Shown here in pieces: positions 11,432 to 22,110 of a stretch of 64,000 bases of DNA (its first letter is position 1; every line of letters starts with the position of its first letter). The stretch is from an uncultured Arcobacter sp. Its GTDB lineage: Bacteria; Campylobacterota; Campylobacteria; Campylobacterales; Arcobacteraceae. The position numbers and the translations under genes were made by a program. The notes beneath the pieces are model-generated. The model was not told the DNA's origin, made no database searches, and saw only the letters and a list, made by a program, of their open reading frames with translations. The stretch lies in contig OZ223300.1 in NCBI GenBank assembly GCA_965140705.1, positions 704,001-768,000 on the forward strand, given 5' to 3'.

Positions 11432-12139
11432 TTGAACAAATCATTAGTTACAAATTTATTATCTTTATTGGTGGTTATTTTAGGTTTTGTTTTAAAACAA
11501 GATATGCTTTTTATGGTGGGACTTTTTTCTTTAAGTGGAGCTATAACAAATGCTTTAGCAATTCATATGCTTTTTGAAAAAGTTCCTTTTTTATATGGTT
11601 CTGGTGTTGTTGAAAATAGATTTGAAGAGTTCAAAAAAGGAATCCATTCTTTAATAATGGAACAATTCTTTACAAAAGAGAATTTGCAAAAATTCTTTGA
11701 AGAAGAGCTTACTTCAAAAAAATCAAATTTTGACTTATCTCCAATATTAGAAAAAACAGATTTTACACCAGCTTTTGACTCACTAAAACAAGCAGTTTTA
11801 GAATCTCCATTTGGAAATATGTTAGGAATGTTTGGTGGGGAGTCTGCTTTAGAGCCTTTAAAAGGGCCTTTTGTTGGAAAACTAAAAGGTGCCATTGTTA
11901 CTATTTCAAAGAATGAATCTTTTCAAAACTCTTTACATGAGAGCTTAGGTTCATCAAATATAAGTGATGATATTTATGAAAAGGTTAGCTTAATAGTAAA
12001 TAGTAGACTTGGAGAATTAACTCCTGTGATGGTAAAAGAGATTGTTCAAAAGATGATAAAAGAACACCTTGGCTGGTTAGTTGTTTGGGGTGGAGTTTTT
12101 GGTGGACTTATTGGGTTCTTTTCAACTTTAGTAAGGTAG
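11432..12139 (+). CDS. DUF445 family membrane protein
   Basis: GAITNALAIHMLFE and WLVVWGGVFGGLIG ends; TTG at 11432 follows AAGGAGAGG. Confidence 0.85.
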   Translation: MNKSLVTNLLSLLVVILGFVLKQDMLFMVGLFSLSGAITNALAIHMLFEKVPFLYGSGVVENRFEEFKKGIHSLIMEQFFTKENLQKFFEEELTSKKSNFDLSPILEKTDFTPAFDSLKQAVLESPFGNMLGMFGGESALEPLKGPFVGKLKGAIVTISKNESFQNSLHESLGSSNISDDIYEKVSLIVNSRLGELTPVMVKEIVQKMIKEHLGWLVVWGGVFGGLIGFFSTLVR

Positions 12140-12151
12140 TATTTATGTAAA

Positions 12152-12183
12152 GTGAGTAACACTTTTTTATAAGTGTTATTCAC
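12152..12183. terminator. Bidirectional hairpin between convergent genes
   Basis: GTGAGTAACACTT-TTTTAT-AAGTGTTATTCAC. Confidence 0.65.
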
Positions 12184-12213
12184 ATAAGCTTACTGCAAAA
12201 ATTTAGAATAATA

Positions 12214-14481
12214 TTAAGCTAAATTCTTACCATCAAAATTATTTTTACTTACTCCTATAACAACATTGTCAGATATCTCTTTAGTTTTCTTTGCAATATC
12301 ATTTGTTTCCTCTGCAATAGCTGCATTTTCTTGTGTAACTTTATCTAGCATATTAACTGCATCTGCAATTTGTTGTATTCCTAAGTTTTGTTCATTTGCC
12401 GCTGCTGCAACATCATTAATTAATTTACTAGTTTCTATAATTCTATTTTCTAAAGTAGTAAATCCTTCAATCATATTAGAACTAATATTTTTACCATTAT
12501 TAGCTTTTTCTGTAGCAGTTTCAACTAAACTTTTTATATCTTTTGCAACTTCTGCACTTCTTGAAGCTAAGTTTCTCACTTCTTGTGCAACAACTGCAAA
12601 ACCTTTTCCAGCTTCTCCTGCAGTTGCAGCTTCAACTGCTGCATTTAGAGATAAGATATTTGTTTGAAATGCTATTTGATCAATCATAGTTATAGCTTCA
12701 CTTATATTTAGCACTGTATTATTTATATCATCCATAGAAGTTGCTGTATCAGTTGCTAATTGTTTACCTGTAGTAGCTGAATCTTTTGTCTCATTTGATA
12801 TAGAATGCATCTCTTGTGCTTTAATATTTGTTTGTTCAATATTACTTGTAATCTCTTCAATTGAGGCTGCTGTCTCTTCTAATGACGCAGCTTGTTTAGT
12901 TGCATTACTACTAATTGTTCTAACACTATTTGATAGATTATCAGCACTTTCTTTTAAAGAAACACCATCTTCTTGACTATCTTGTAGCATTTTTGTAATC
13001 ATTTCATTCATGTGAATGATTTCTTTACCTATTTTACCAGAATCAGCTCCAAGCTTCATAGTAAAATCTCTATTTGAATAACTCTCTAGGGTATGAATAA
13101 TATTATTTATATCTTTACCAACTTGGTGTTCTAATTGTTCTAACATATGATTTAAAATCTCTTTTAATTCATTTAATGAATCAGTAGAAGTTACTTTTGT
13201 TACTCTACTATCAAATTTACCTTCAGTAATGGTATTTGCAATACCTTTAACATCTTCAATTAGAGCCATATCTTGTTGTGTAGCTGTTTTTATATTTTTT
13301 ACATTTTCATTAATAGAGTGAGCCATTCTTCCAAATTCGCATGTTGTATTTATATCAATCTCTTTTGTTGCAGATTTTTTTGTATTTAAAAATTCAAAAA
13401 AACTTTCCAAGCCAGATGATATTTTTTTAAGATAAATATTTAATTGTTTAACTGAAAGTAGAATAATTATTGCAATTACAATTAAACTTATTATTGAAGA
13501 TATGATAGATACATTTCTAATAAAATTAGCATTTGCAAGATATTCTTCTTTTGGTGCAGATATAACAAAAGTCCAATTTGTACCCGTATCTTTCAAACTA
13601 AATGGTTGAGAATAATAAATTGATGATTGACCAGTAATCAATGAATCTTTAAAGAAAAAATAAGATTCTCCTTTTTTACTTTTTTCAAGCATATTTGCAT
13701 AATCTTTATCATTTTTTACAATATCAAGCATTTTCTTATTTTGAAATTCTTTTTTTGGATGCCCTACTATTATGCCATTACTGTCAACAATAATTCCATA
13801 TCCATTTTTATATAATTTAATACGAGAAGCTAAGTTAGCTAAACCCTTTAAGAGAAAATCAATTCCAGCAGCACCAATAAATTCACCATCTTTATACATA
13901 GGAACAGAAACTGTTACAACTAATTGGTCAACACCATTAATTTTCCAAAAGTAAGGTTTTGTTATAAAAGTTTTACCAGCTTCTTTAGCTCCTTTAATCC
14001 ATCCTATTTTTTCATCATAAGGGGTACCTGGAGCAACCGATATTCCATTTTTAGATTTTGCAACAAAGGGATGAAAAATTCCAAGTTTATTATATGCACT
14101 TCCCTCTTGTGGATTTTCTACTTTTGCTGTTAATTTTTCACCATATTTAGGACTATACCAAATACTATTAATAGTGTCATTTTCATTTAAAATAGACTTT
14201 TCTAAAGAAATCATTTCCTCTGGATTTATTTGTGCATTATTAACTGCTGCTGCTTGTATTCTAGAGGCAAATACTTGTGCAACAGAAATTGCGTTATCGA
14301 GTTCTCCTTTAATTTCAATTGCATTTTTTGAAGCAAATGTTTTTCTAAATGTTTCTGCATCTTCTTGCGCAGCCTTGTAAGAATAATTTACAATGACTAT
14401 TGAAGAAAGAGATACAACAACAAAAACAGTTCCAAGTATTTTTAGTAGAAGTTTTTTTCCAAAACTAGATTTTTTTTCCAT
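12214..14481 (-). CDS. Methyl-accepting chemotaxis protein with periplasmic dCache domain
   Basis: Two TM segments; QTNILSLNAAVEAATAGEAGKGFAVVAQEVR signalling hairpin. Confidence 0.96.
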   Translation of the reverse strand: MEKKSSFGKKLLLKILGTVFVVVSLSSIVIVNYSYKAAQEDAETFRKTFASKNAIEIKGELDNAISVAQVFASRIQAAAVNNAQINPEEMISLEKSILNENDTINSIWYSPKYGEKLTAKVENPQEGSAYNKLGIFHPFVAKSKNGISVAPGTPYDEKIGWIKGAKEAGKTFITKPYFWKINGVDQLVVTVSVPMYKDGEFIGAAGIDFLLKGLANLASRIKLYKNGYGIIVDSNGIIVGHPKKEFQNKKMLDIVKNDKDYANMLEKSKKGESYFFFKDSLITGQSSIYYSQPFSLKDTGTNWTFVISAPKEEYLANANFIRNVSIISSIISLIVIAIIILLSVKQLNIYLKKISSGLESFFEFLNTKKSATKEIDINTTCEFGRMAHSINENVKNIKTATQQDMALIEDVKGIANTITEGKFDSRVTKVTSTDSLNELKEILNHMLEQLEHQVGKDINNIIHTLESYSNRDFTMKLGADSGKIGKEIIHMNEMITKMLQDSQEDGVSLKESADNLSNSVRTISSNATKQAASLEETAASIEEITSNIEQTNIKAQEMHSISNETKDSATTGKQLATDTATSMDDINNTVLNISEAITMIDQIAFQTNILSLNAAVEAATAGEAGKGFAVVAQEVRNLASRSAEVAKDIKSLVETATEKANNGKNISSNMIEGFTTLENRIIETSKLINDVAAAANEQNLGIQQIADAVNMLDKVTQENAAIAEETNDIAKKTKEISDNVVIGVSKNNFDGKNLA

Positions 14482-14690
14482 AAGAAATTCCTTTTAATTA
14501 GTTACTATAATAAATACAAAAAACTTGAATACAAATATCATTATAGTTAAAGTTTTAAAAAATAATTATAAAAAGAAATTTTTTTCTTTTATTTTTCCAA
14601 TTTTCTAAATCTCAAATTAATGCTTATTTAAATACAATACTTTTTTAAAAATGGTATAAACTATCATGTAGTAGTACCTTAGGAGATAAA

Positions 14691-14987
14691 TTGGAAAATA
14701 TTGAATTAGTAGTTATATTAGATGTAGAAAATTTAAAAGATAAAGAAAAGTTTGAAAAGCACTTAAAAAAAGAAGGATTTAATATTGTTCCAGAAGAAGA
14801 ATTCGTTTATACTGGCATTTCAAGTACAACAACCTTTTCAACAAAAGCATATATTTTAGAAGTATTTAAAAAAGGTTTACAAAAAACTGAATTTGATTCT
14901 TGTAATATGGTTTTTTTACTTAATGAGACTCCTTATCCCCCATACACTTATGATAAAACAACAAATGACTTTGAAGAGGTTAAATAG
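14691..14987 (+). CDS. Hypothetical 98-aa protein, possibly ferredoxin-like Cas2/VapD fold
   Basis: AGGAG SD plus TTG; ends 2 nt before mfd. Confidence 0.7.
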   Translation: MENIELVVILDVENLKDKEKFEKHLKKEGFNIVPEEEFVYTGISSTTTFSTKAYILEVFKKGLQKTEFDSCNMVFLLNETPYPPYTYDKTTNDFEEVK

Positions 14988-14989
14988 TA

Positions 14990-17959
14990 TTGAATAACCT
15001 ATTTGAATTTTTTAAAGAGAAAAATGATTGTAAGCTTCTAATAGTAAGTGATGATAAAGAGGCACAAGAAGCTTTTGACGTATTAGCTTTCAATCAAAAA
15101 AAGCCCTTTGTATTAGCTGATTTTAGGGCAAATTTTGGAGATGATTTACTTTCTTTTTCAGAAGAATTACAAAATATAACTAAAACTTTAAATGAGTTTT
15201 ATTCTTATAAAAAAGAGAATAAAGTTCTAGTTGTACCTTTACGAACAGCTTCATATAAAATGCCTGTAGAGAAGTGTTTTGACTCATTTAAAATAGAGTT
15301 TGCTTCAACTATTGATTTGGAAAAACTAAAAGATAAACTTTACAATTGGGGATATTATTTTGTAGATATTGTGACAAGTGAGGGAGAAGTCTCTCTTCGA
15401 GGTGATATACTTGATATTTGTCCTTTGGGAGCAAATAAAGGCTTTAGAGTAAGTTTGTTTGATGATGAGGTTGAAAGTATTAGGGAGTTTGATATTGAAG
15501 ATCAAAAATCAGCAAAAGAAGAGATAGACTCTTTTAATATTACTCCTGCTTTTTTGGCTTTAAATGAAGATGAGATAGATAGAATAAATGAAGAGTTAGA
15601 GAGTGTTGAAAGTGATGCTTTTATAAAAGATATACACTCTTTAGGATTTTGGTATTTAGATGATTTGGGAGAGTATTTACCTTCTAAGTTTACTTCATAT
15701 ATTACTTATAATGCCCTTGATGAACTTGAAGAGGCATATATTTTTGAAGCAAAAAGAATAGATAAAGAGAAGTTTTTAACTCTACCAAAAATACCAAAAG
15801 CTAAAAAATATCAAATAATAAATCCAGCAAATGTAAAAGAGTTTTTAACTTTTCATGATGGAAAAAAACATACTATTATCTCAACAACAGAAGCTAAGGT
15901 AAAAAGCTTTGATTTAGAACTAAGTGATAAAAAAATAAACTATGTTTTTGAACCATATATTATAAATTTAGTAAGTGATGATGAGGTCATTATATCACTT
16001 AACAAAGAGATAAAGAAAAAAAGAAAAAAGAAAATCAAGCTTGTACTTGATGAACTTCTTGTAAATGATTTTGTTGTACATGAACAACACGGTATAGGAC
16101 AATATAAAGGAATAGAACCTGTTGTTGTAATGGGAGCAAAAAGAGACTTTGTAATAGTTGCATATGCAAATGATGATAAGCTTTTAATACCTGTTGAGAA
16201 TATAGACTTAATAGATAGATATGTGGCAGATGGTAGTTCTTATGCTGTTGTTGATACTTTAGGTAAAGGAAGTTTTGCCAAACTAAAAGATAAAGTAAAA
16301 GATAGACTTTTTGCCATAGCAAATGACATTATAAAAATGGCAGCTGCAAGGGAACTTGTAAATGGTATAAAAATAGATTGTAATAAAAAAATACTAACTG
16401 ATTTTGCTTCAAGTGCTGGATTTGATTATACAAAAGATCAAAAAAGAAGTATTCAAGAAATATTTGATGATTTGTCAAGTGGAAAAGTGATGGATAGATT
16501 ATTATCTGGTGATGTTGGTTTTGGTAAAACAGAAGTTGCTATGAATGCACTTTTAGCTGTTATTTTAGATGGGCATCAAGCTCTATTTGTCTGTCCTACA
16601 ACTTTACTTGCCTCACAACACTTCCATGGGATTAAGAAAAGGTTTGATGGATTTGGGATAAGAATGGCTCAACTTGATGGGAAAACAACAGCTAAAGAGA
16701 AAACTCATGTAAAAAAAGCACTGGAAAATGGTGATATTGATTTAGTAGTTGGAACACACTCTTTACTTGATATTAAAACAAAAGATTTAGCTTTGGTTGT
16801 GATTGATGAAGAGCATAAATTTGGAGTAAAACAAAAAGAGAAATTAAAAGCACTTAGAGAAGATGTACATATTTTTTCTATGAGTGCTACTCCAATTCCA
16901 CGGACTTTAAATCTTGCCTTATCAAAACTAAAAGGTATGAGTTCACTTTTAACTCCTCCAACTGAGAGATTAGGTGTTAGGTCTTACGTAAAAGAGTTTG
17001 ATGAAAAACTTATAAAAGAGATAGTTTTAAGGGAAAAAAGAAGAGGTGGACAGCTTTTTTATGTACATAATAATATTGCTTCAATGGAAGCAAAAAAAGC
17101 AGATATAGAAGAGCTTATTCCAAATATAAAAATTGAGATGATTCACTCAAAAATCACCCAAGTAAAAGCTGAGAAATTAATTGAAGATTTCAATGATGGT
17201 AAGTTTGACATATTACTTGCTACTTCAATAGTAGAATCGGGACTTCACTTGCCAAATGCAAACTCTATGATAATAGATGGTGCAGATAGATTTGGTATAG
17301 CTGATTTACATCAACTAAGAGGAAGAGTAGGGCGAGGGCATAAGGAAGGTTTTTGTTATTTTATTGTTGAAGACAAGAAAAAAATCACAAGTGATGCCAT
17401 AAAAAGATTACTTGCCTTAGAGTCAAACTCATACTTAGGAAGTGGAACAGCTTTAGCCCATCAAGATTTAGAAATAAGAGGTGGTGGAAATATCATTGGA
17501 GAAGCACAAAGTGGACATATCAAACAAATAGGATATGGACTATATCTTAAAATGTTAGAAGATACTTTAGCAACACTTAGTGGCGAATCAAAAGAAGAGA
17601 GTCAAGTTGTGGATATAAAACTTGCTATTTCTGCTTTTATTTCAAGTGATTATATTGTAGAAGATAGGGTAAGATTAGAACTTTATAGACGACTTGGAAA
17701 AGCTAAATCAAAAGAGGCAGTTTATGAAATAGAAGAAGAGATGGAAGATAGATTTGGTAAACCAGATACTCCTACAAAACAGTTTCTAGAACTAATTATG
17801 ATAAAAATTTTAGCTTTACAAAAAGAAATAAAAACAGTATCAAGTTATGAGATGAATGTAACCTTTACAAAAAATGATGATACAAAAGAGACAATTAAAT
17901 CTCCAAGTAAAGATGATGATGATATTATTGCTACAACATTGAAGTACTTGCGAAAATAA
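14990..17959 (+). CDS. mfd: Transcription-repair coupling factor (short Campylobacterota form)
   Basis: VVHEQHGIG (RID), GDVGFGKT, DEEH, QLRGRVGR, C-terminal TRCF domain. Confidence 0.97.
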   Translation: MNNLFEFFKEKNDCKLLIVSDDKEAQEAFDVLAFNQKKPFVLADFRANFGDDLLSFSEELQNITKTLNEFYSYKKENKVLVVPLRTASYKMPVEKCFDSFKIEFASTIDLEKLKDKLYNWGYYFVDIVTSEGEVSLRGDILDICPLGANKGFRVSLFDDEVESIREFDIEDQKSAKEEIDSFNITPAFLALNEDEIDRINEELESVESDAFIKDIHSLGFWYLDDLGEYLPSKFTSYITYNALDELEEAYIFEAKRIDKEKFLTLPKIPKAKKYQIINPANVKEFLTFHDGKKHTIISTTEAKVKSFDLELSDKKINYVFEPYIINLVSDDEVIISLNKEIKKKRKKKIKLVLDELLVNDFVVHEQHGIGQYKGIEPVVVMGAKRDFVIVAYANDDKLLIPVENIDLIDRYVADGSSYAVVDTLGKGSFAKLKDKVKDRLFAIANDIIKMAAARELVNGIKIDCNKKILTDFASSAGFDYTKDQKRSIQEIFDDLSSGKVMDRLLSGDVGFGKTEVAMNALLAVILDGHQALFVCPTTLLASQHFHGIKKRFDGFGIRMAQLDGKTTAKEKTHVKKALENGDIDLVVGTHSLLDIKTKDLALVVIDEEHKFGVKQKEKLKALREDVHIFSMSATPIPRTLNLALSKLKGMSSLLTPPTERLGVRSYVKEFDEKLIKEIVLREKRRGGQLFYVHNNIASMEAKKADIEELIPNIKIEMIHSKITQVKAEKLIEDFNDGKFDILLATSIVESGLHLPNANSMIIDGADRFGIADLHQLRGRVGRGHKEGFCYFIVEDKKKITSDAIKRLLALESNSYLGSGTALAHQDLEIRGGGNIIGEAQSGHIKQIGYGLYLKMLEDTLATLSGESKEESQVVDIKLAISAFISSDYIVEDRVRLELYRRLGKAKSKEAVYEIEEEMEDRFGKPDTPTKQFLELIMIKILALQKEIKTVSSYEMNVTFTKNDDTKETIKSPSKDDDDIIATTLKYLRK

Positions 17960-18061
17960 ATCTACAATTTTATAATCATTCTAATAGTTATATTTTACAA
18001 AAATGAACAGTTTCGAATATTTTATGATAAAGGAAATGGAATAAATGAAAATCTTAGTTTT

Positions 18062-20176
18062 TTAATTACTTACGCATACTCTGTTTTTACCACTCTCTTT
18101 TGCTTTATAGAGTGCTTCATCTGCTAATTTATAAACAGTATCAATACTTTCAAGTTTTTCTCCTTCTCTAACAACTAAACCAAGTGAAACAGTTAAGTAA
18201 GGACTTACTTTATTTGCTTTATGTTCAATCTTTAAAGCTTCAACTTTATTTTTAATTGAATTTGCATAGTGTAAAGATTCTTCTTTATTTTTGTATGAGA
18301 AAAGAATTCCAAACTCTTCTCCTCCTAATCTAAACGCAAAATCACTAGCTCTTGCAGTATTATTAATGAGTACCTTTGAAACCTGTATAAGGGCTTCATC
18401 TCCTTTTTGATGACCATAAGTATCATTATATAATTTAAAATAATCAATATCTAACATTATAAAAGCTAGATAATAGTTATTTCTTTTGGCTCTATTTATC
18501 TCTTCTTCTAATTTTGCATTAAAATATCTTCTATTGTATGTTTGGGTTAAATCATCAGTTATTGAAAGATATTCAACTCTTTTTTTATCAGTTATATCTT
18601 GTCTAATTGCAGTATAACCTTTTATTTTACCTTTATTAAAGATTGGATAAATGGTTGCTTTTACCCAATATGTTTCTCCTTCTTTATTTCTATTTTTTAA
18701 TTCACCTTCCCAACTTTTACCATTTAGAAGAGCTTCCCACATCTGTTTATAAGTCTCTTTTGGCATATCAGGATGACGAACTATATTATGTGACTTACCT
18801 ATTAATTCTTTTTCTGAATATCCTGATATTTTACAAAATGAATCATTTGCACTTTGTATTTTTCCTTTAGCATCTGTAGTTGATATGATTACATTTTCAT
18901 TAATAATTTCTAATAGATTTCGAACTCGTTTTTCTGCTTTATTTCTAAGTTTCAGTGTTTTATTTAGTTTTTTTGCAATGGTTCTAAACTCTATAAAAGT
19001 AAACTTATTTAAATTTATTTTTTTCAAATCTGAAGAAGCTGAATTAAAAAGTGAAATTAAATTTATTATATTTGATTCAATAAAAGAGGTTATTCTTTTA
19101 GATACAAAATAAATAAGAATAAATAAAAAAACAAATATTAGAAGAATAATACTCGATTTTACAATAATCGCATTTTTTAATTGATTTTGTTTTTTTAATA
19201 ATTCATTATCAAGTTCATCCATATATGACCCTGTACCAATAATCCATTTCCATTTTGGATACTCTTTTACAAAAGCTAGCTTTTCATATTTTTTAGTAGA
19301 GTTCAATTTTTTAAATTTATAAAAGAAAAATCCACCATCAGGATTCTTTATTACCTTTAATTGTTTTTGAAACAGTGATTCATCAGGATATTTTATGGGT
19401 GGAATTGTTCTTTTACCATCATGAATTAAGGCCTTTTTATCTAAAGTGTTAATAAAAAAATATCCTTCTCTTCCATATCTAATTGAGGCAATATAATCTA
19501 CTATTTCAATTTTAGTCTCCCTCGTAAGGTTATCAATATAAAATCCCATTCCTATATGCCAATTATATGGTTCAAATAGTTTGATAAAAGATAATTTATC
19601 ATAAGCTTTAGTATCTTTGGTATTTGGTTTTATAAAGTAGTTGTCTATGAACCCCTCTTTTTTATTTAGGGCTATATTACTCTGTTCTTGAATAAAATAA
19701 TTACCTTTTCCATCTTTTAGATTCCAAATGTTTTTATTATCATTTAAATAGGAGTTTTTATTAAAAAGTATTGCTCTACCTTCATTTGAGTTAATAAAAA
19801 AGTACGTGTCTTCTTCATAGGTAATATTTTGCAATGTAGTAATTATTAAGTATTGAATCTCTTTTTTTGTTTTTATATTTTTATTTTTATTATATATTTT
19901 GTAAGCAATTGAATAAGCATCATTTACTCTATTTCGTAATTTTTCTTTTGCTTTTATAATAATATTATTTTCATTGTATGATATATAGTTATATATCTTA
20001 TTTACTTCACGTTTAAGGTCAGTTTTTTTTTGTTTTGTGAAATCTTTTTTTATTTGATCTGCTTCATCTAAAAAATTATTATATTCAAAAAGTGTGTTAA
20101 TTATAAATGCTAAAAATGTTGATATAATTGCTGTAAAAAAGATAGCTTTTAATATTAAATTAGATAATTTCATCAC
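18062..20176 (-). CDS. Diguanylate cyclase: TM-Cache-Cache-TM-PAS-GGDEF
   Basis: DIDYFK, RASD I-site, GGEEF active site; PAS with HNIVRHPDMP. Confidence 0.93.
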   Translation of the reverse strand: MMKLSNLILKAIFFTAIISTFLAFIINTLFEYNNFLDEADQIKKDFTKQKKTDLKREVNKIYNYISYNENNIIIKAKEKLRNRVNDAYSIAYKIYNKNKNIKTKKEIQYLIITTLQNITYEEDTYFFINSNEGRAILFNKNSYLNDNKNIWNLKDGKGNYFIQEQSNIALNKKEGFIDNYFIKPNTKDTKAYDKLSFIKLFEPYNWHIGMGFYIDNLTRETKIEIVDYIASIRYGREGYFFINTLDKKALIHDGKRTIPPIKYPDESLFQKQLKVIKNPDGGFFFYKFKKLNSTKKYEKLAFVKEYPKWKWIIGTGSYMDELDNELLKKQNQLKNAIIVKSSIILLIFVFLFILIYFVSKRITSFIESNIINLISLFNSASSDLKKINLNKFTFIEFRTIAKKLNKTLKLRNKAEKRVRNLLEIINENVIISTTDAKGKIQSANDSFCKISGYSEKELIGKSHNIVRHPDMPKETYKQMWEALLNGKSWEGELKNRNKEGETYWVKATIYPIFNKGKIKGYTAIRQDITDKKRVEYLSITDDLTQTYNRRYFNAKLEEEINRAKRNNYYLAFIMLDIDYFKLYNDTYGHQKGDEALIQVSKVLINNTARASDFAFRLGGEEFGILFSYKNKEESLHYANSIKNKVEALKIEHKANKVSPYLTVSLGLVVREGEKLESIDTVYKLADEALYKAKESGKNRVCVSN

Positions 20177-20370
20177 AATACTTTTATTTTTTATATTATT
20201 ATATTATAAAATAGGTATTAAGGGCATAAAATTAGCACTTCTGTGTTAAATCTGAGAATATTTTATTCTATAATTATAAGTTAAAGTAATAATATTATTT
20301 ATAATAAATTAATATTTAAGTTGTATACTTCCAAAATATTAATAAGTAAAAATTATTAAAAAGTTATAAA

Positions 20371-20580
20371 ATGTACAAATATTTAAAAATTTTTAATTTC
20401 TATATTGATGGCTTTAAAAACCTTACTGTAGGCAAAACTCTATGGAAGATTATAATTATAAAAATAATTTTAATTGTAACTCTTCTAAATTTTTATATTT
20501 ATGATAAATCAATAAATAGTGAATATAAAACTACCAAAGAAAAAATAAATTTTGTATATAAAAATATTACAAAGGATTAA
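20371..20580 (+). CDS. DUF4492 family small membrane protein upstream of cydA
   Basis: FYIDGFKNLTVGKTLW.II.IK signature and position before cydA. Confidence 0.8.
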   Translation: MYKYLKIFNFYIDGFKNLTVGKTLWKIIIIKIILIVTLLNFYIYDKSINSEYKTTKEKINFVYKNITKD

Positions 20581-20582
20581 AT

Positions 20583-22109
20583 ATGGAAGCACATTTAGTA
20601 GATTGGTCTAGAGCTCAATTTGCATTAACTGCTATTTACCATTGGCTATTTGTTCCTTTAACTTTGGGATTAGGATTTATAATAGCTTTTATGGAAACTA
20701 TTTATGTAAAAACAGGCGATGAATTTTGGAAAAAAACGACAAAATTTTGGATGGGATTATTTGCTATAAATTTTGCTATAGGAGTTGCAACTGGTCTTAT
20801 AATGGAGTTTGAGTTTGGAACTAATTGGGCAAATTATTCGTGGTTTGTTGGAGATATTTTTGGAGCTCCTTTAGCAATAGAGGGAGTTTTAGCATTTTTT
20901 ATGGAGTCAACTTTTTTTGCTGTTATGTTTTTTGGTTGGGATAAAGTAAGTAAAAAATTTCATCTTATTTCAACTTGGCTTGTAGCAATTGGTTCGAACC
21001 TAAGTGCCTTATGGATTTTAGTTGCTAATGGTTGGATGCAATATCCAACTGGTGTAAAATTTAACCCAGACACAGTTAGAAATGAGATGTATAACTTTTG
21101 GGATGTCATTTTGTCTCCAGTTGCTGTAGCAAAATTTTTGCATACAATTTCAAGTGGATATATTATGGCTTCCTTATTTGTTGTTGGGGTTTCTGCTTGG
21201 TTTTTATTGAAAAAAAGAGAAATCAAGTTTGCAAAAAAATCAATGATAGTTGGTGCTACTTTTGGATTAATCACTTCAATATTTATTTTATTAACAGGAG
21301 ATGAATCTGCCCATCAAGTAGCACTAAAACAACCTGTAAAACTAGCTGCTATGGAAGGTTTATATGAAGGTAAAGTGAAAGCTGGAATAACAGGTATTGG
21401 TATCTTAAATCCAAAGAAAAATTTAACCAATGATGAAGATAGTTATTTATTTGAAATCAATGCTCCTTATGCCCTTTCTTTTTTGGCCTTTCATGATATA
21501 GATTCTTTTGTTCCTGGTTTAAAAGATTTAGTTTATGGAAATGAAAAATATGGTATCGAATCTGTTAAGTCAAAAATGGTAAAAGGTAAAATGGCAATTG
21601 ATGCTTTTAAAGAATATAAAGAAGCAAAAAAAAGTGCTGATTTAACAAATCAATTAATAAATAAGGCCATTTTAGAAAAGAATATGAGATATTTTGGTTA
21701 TGGACACTTAAATAAACCAGAAGATGTTGTCCCTCCTGTTGCAATTACTTTTTACTCTTTTCATACAATGGTAGCACTTGGAACATGGTTTTTCCTTCTT
21801 TTTGTTTTGATTTTATTTTTTAGTATAAAAAGAGAGATATCAAAATATAAACTTCTTTTAATATTTTCAATAGTCTCTATTCCTTTAGGATATATTGCAA
21901 GTGAAGCAGGCTGGATAGTTGCTGAAGTTGGTAGACAACCTTGGGCTATACAAAATTTGATGCCAGTTGGAATTGCTGTTACTGATATCTCATCTACAAG
22001 TGTACAAGCAACCTTTTTTCTGTTTGCTGTTTTATTTACATTGCTTCTTGTAGCTGAGATAAAGATTATGCTTAAACAAATATCTCTTGGTTTTGAGGGA
22101 GGACATTAA
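20583..22109 (+). CDS. cydA: Cytochrome bd ubiquinol oxidase subunit I
   Basis: SRAQFALTAIYH, FGTNW, QPVKLAAME, EVGRQPW. Confidence 0.98.
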   Translation: MEAHLVDWSRAQFALTAIYHWLFVPLTLGLGFIIAFMETIYVKTGDEFWKKTTKFWMGLFAINFAIGVATGLIMEFEFGTNWANYSWFVGDIFGAPLAIEGVLAFFMESTFFAVMFFGWDKVSKKFHLISTWLVAIGSNLSALWILVANGWMQYPTGVKFNPDTVRNEMYNFWDVILSPVAVAKFLHTISSGYIMASLFVVGVSAWFLLKKREIKFAKKSMIVGATFGLITSIFILLTGDESAHQVALKQPVKLAAMEGLYEGKVKAGITGIGILNPKKNLTNDEDSYLFEINAPYALSFLAFHDIDSFVPGLKDLVYGNEKYGIESVKSKMVKGKMAIDAFKEYKEAKKSADLTNQLINKAILEKNMRYFGYGHLNKPEDVVPPVAITFYSFHTMVALGTWFFLLFVLILFFSIKREISKYKLLLIFSIVSIPLGYIASEAGWIVAEVGRQPWAIQNLMPVGIAVTDISSTSVQATFFLFAVLFTLLLVAEIKIMLKQISLGFEGGH

Positions 22110-22110
22110 T

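Noticed and set aside
18028..18065. AAGGA followed by ATG AAA ATC TTA GTT TTT TAA (MKILVF*), a possible relic of a deleted gene
   Set aside because: Too short to distinguish from chance in AT-rich DNA
20232..20249. TTAGCACT as a CIRCE half-site before cydAB
   Set aside because: No second arm at N9 spacing
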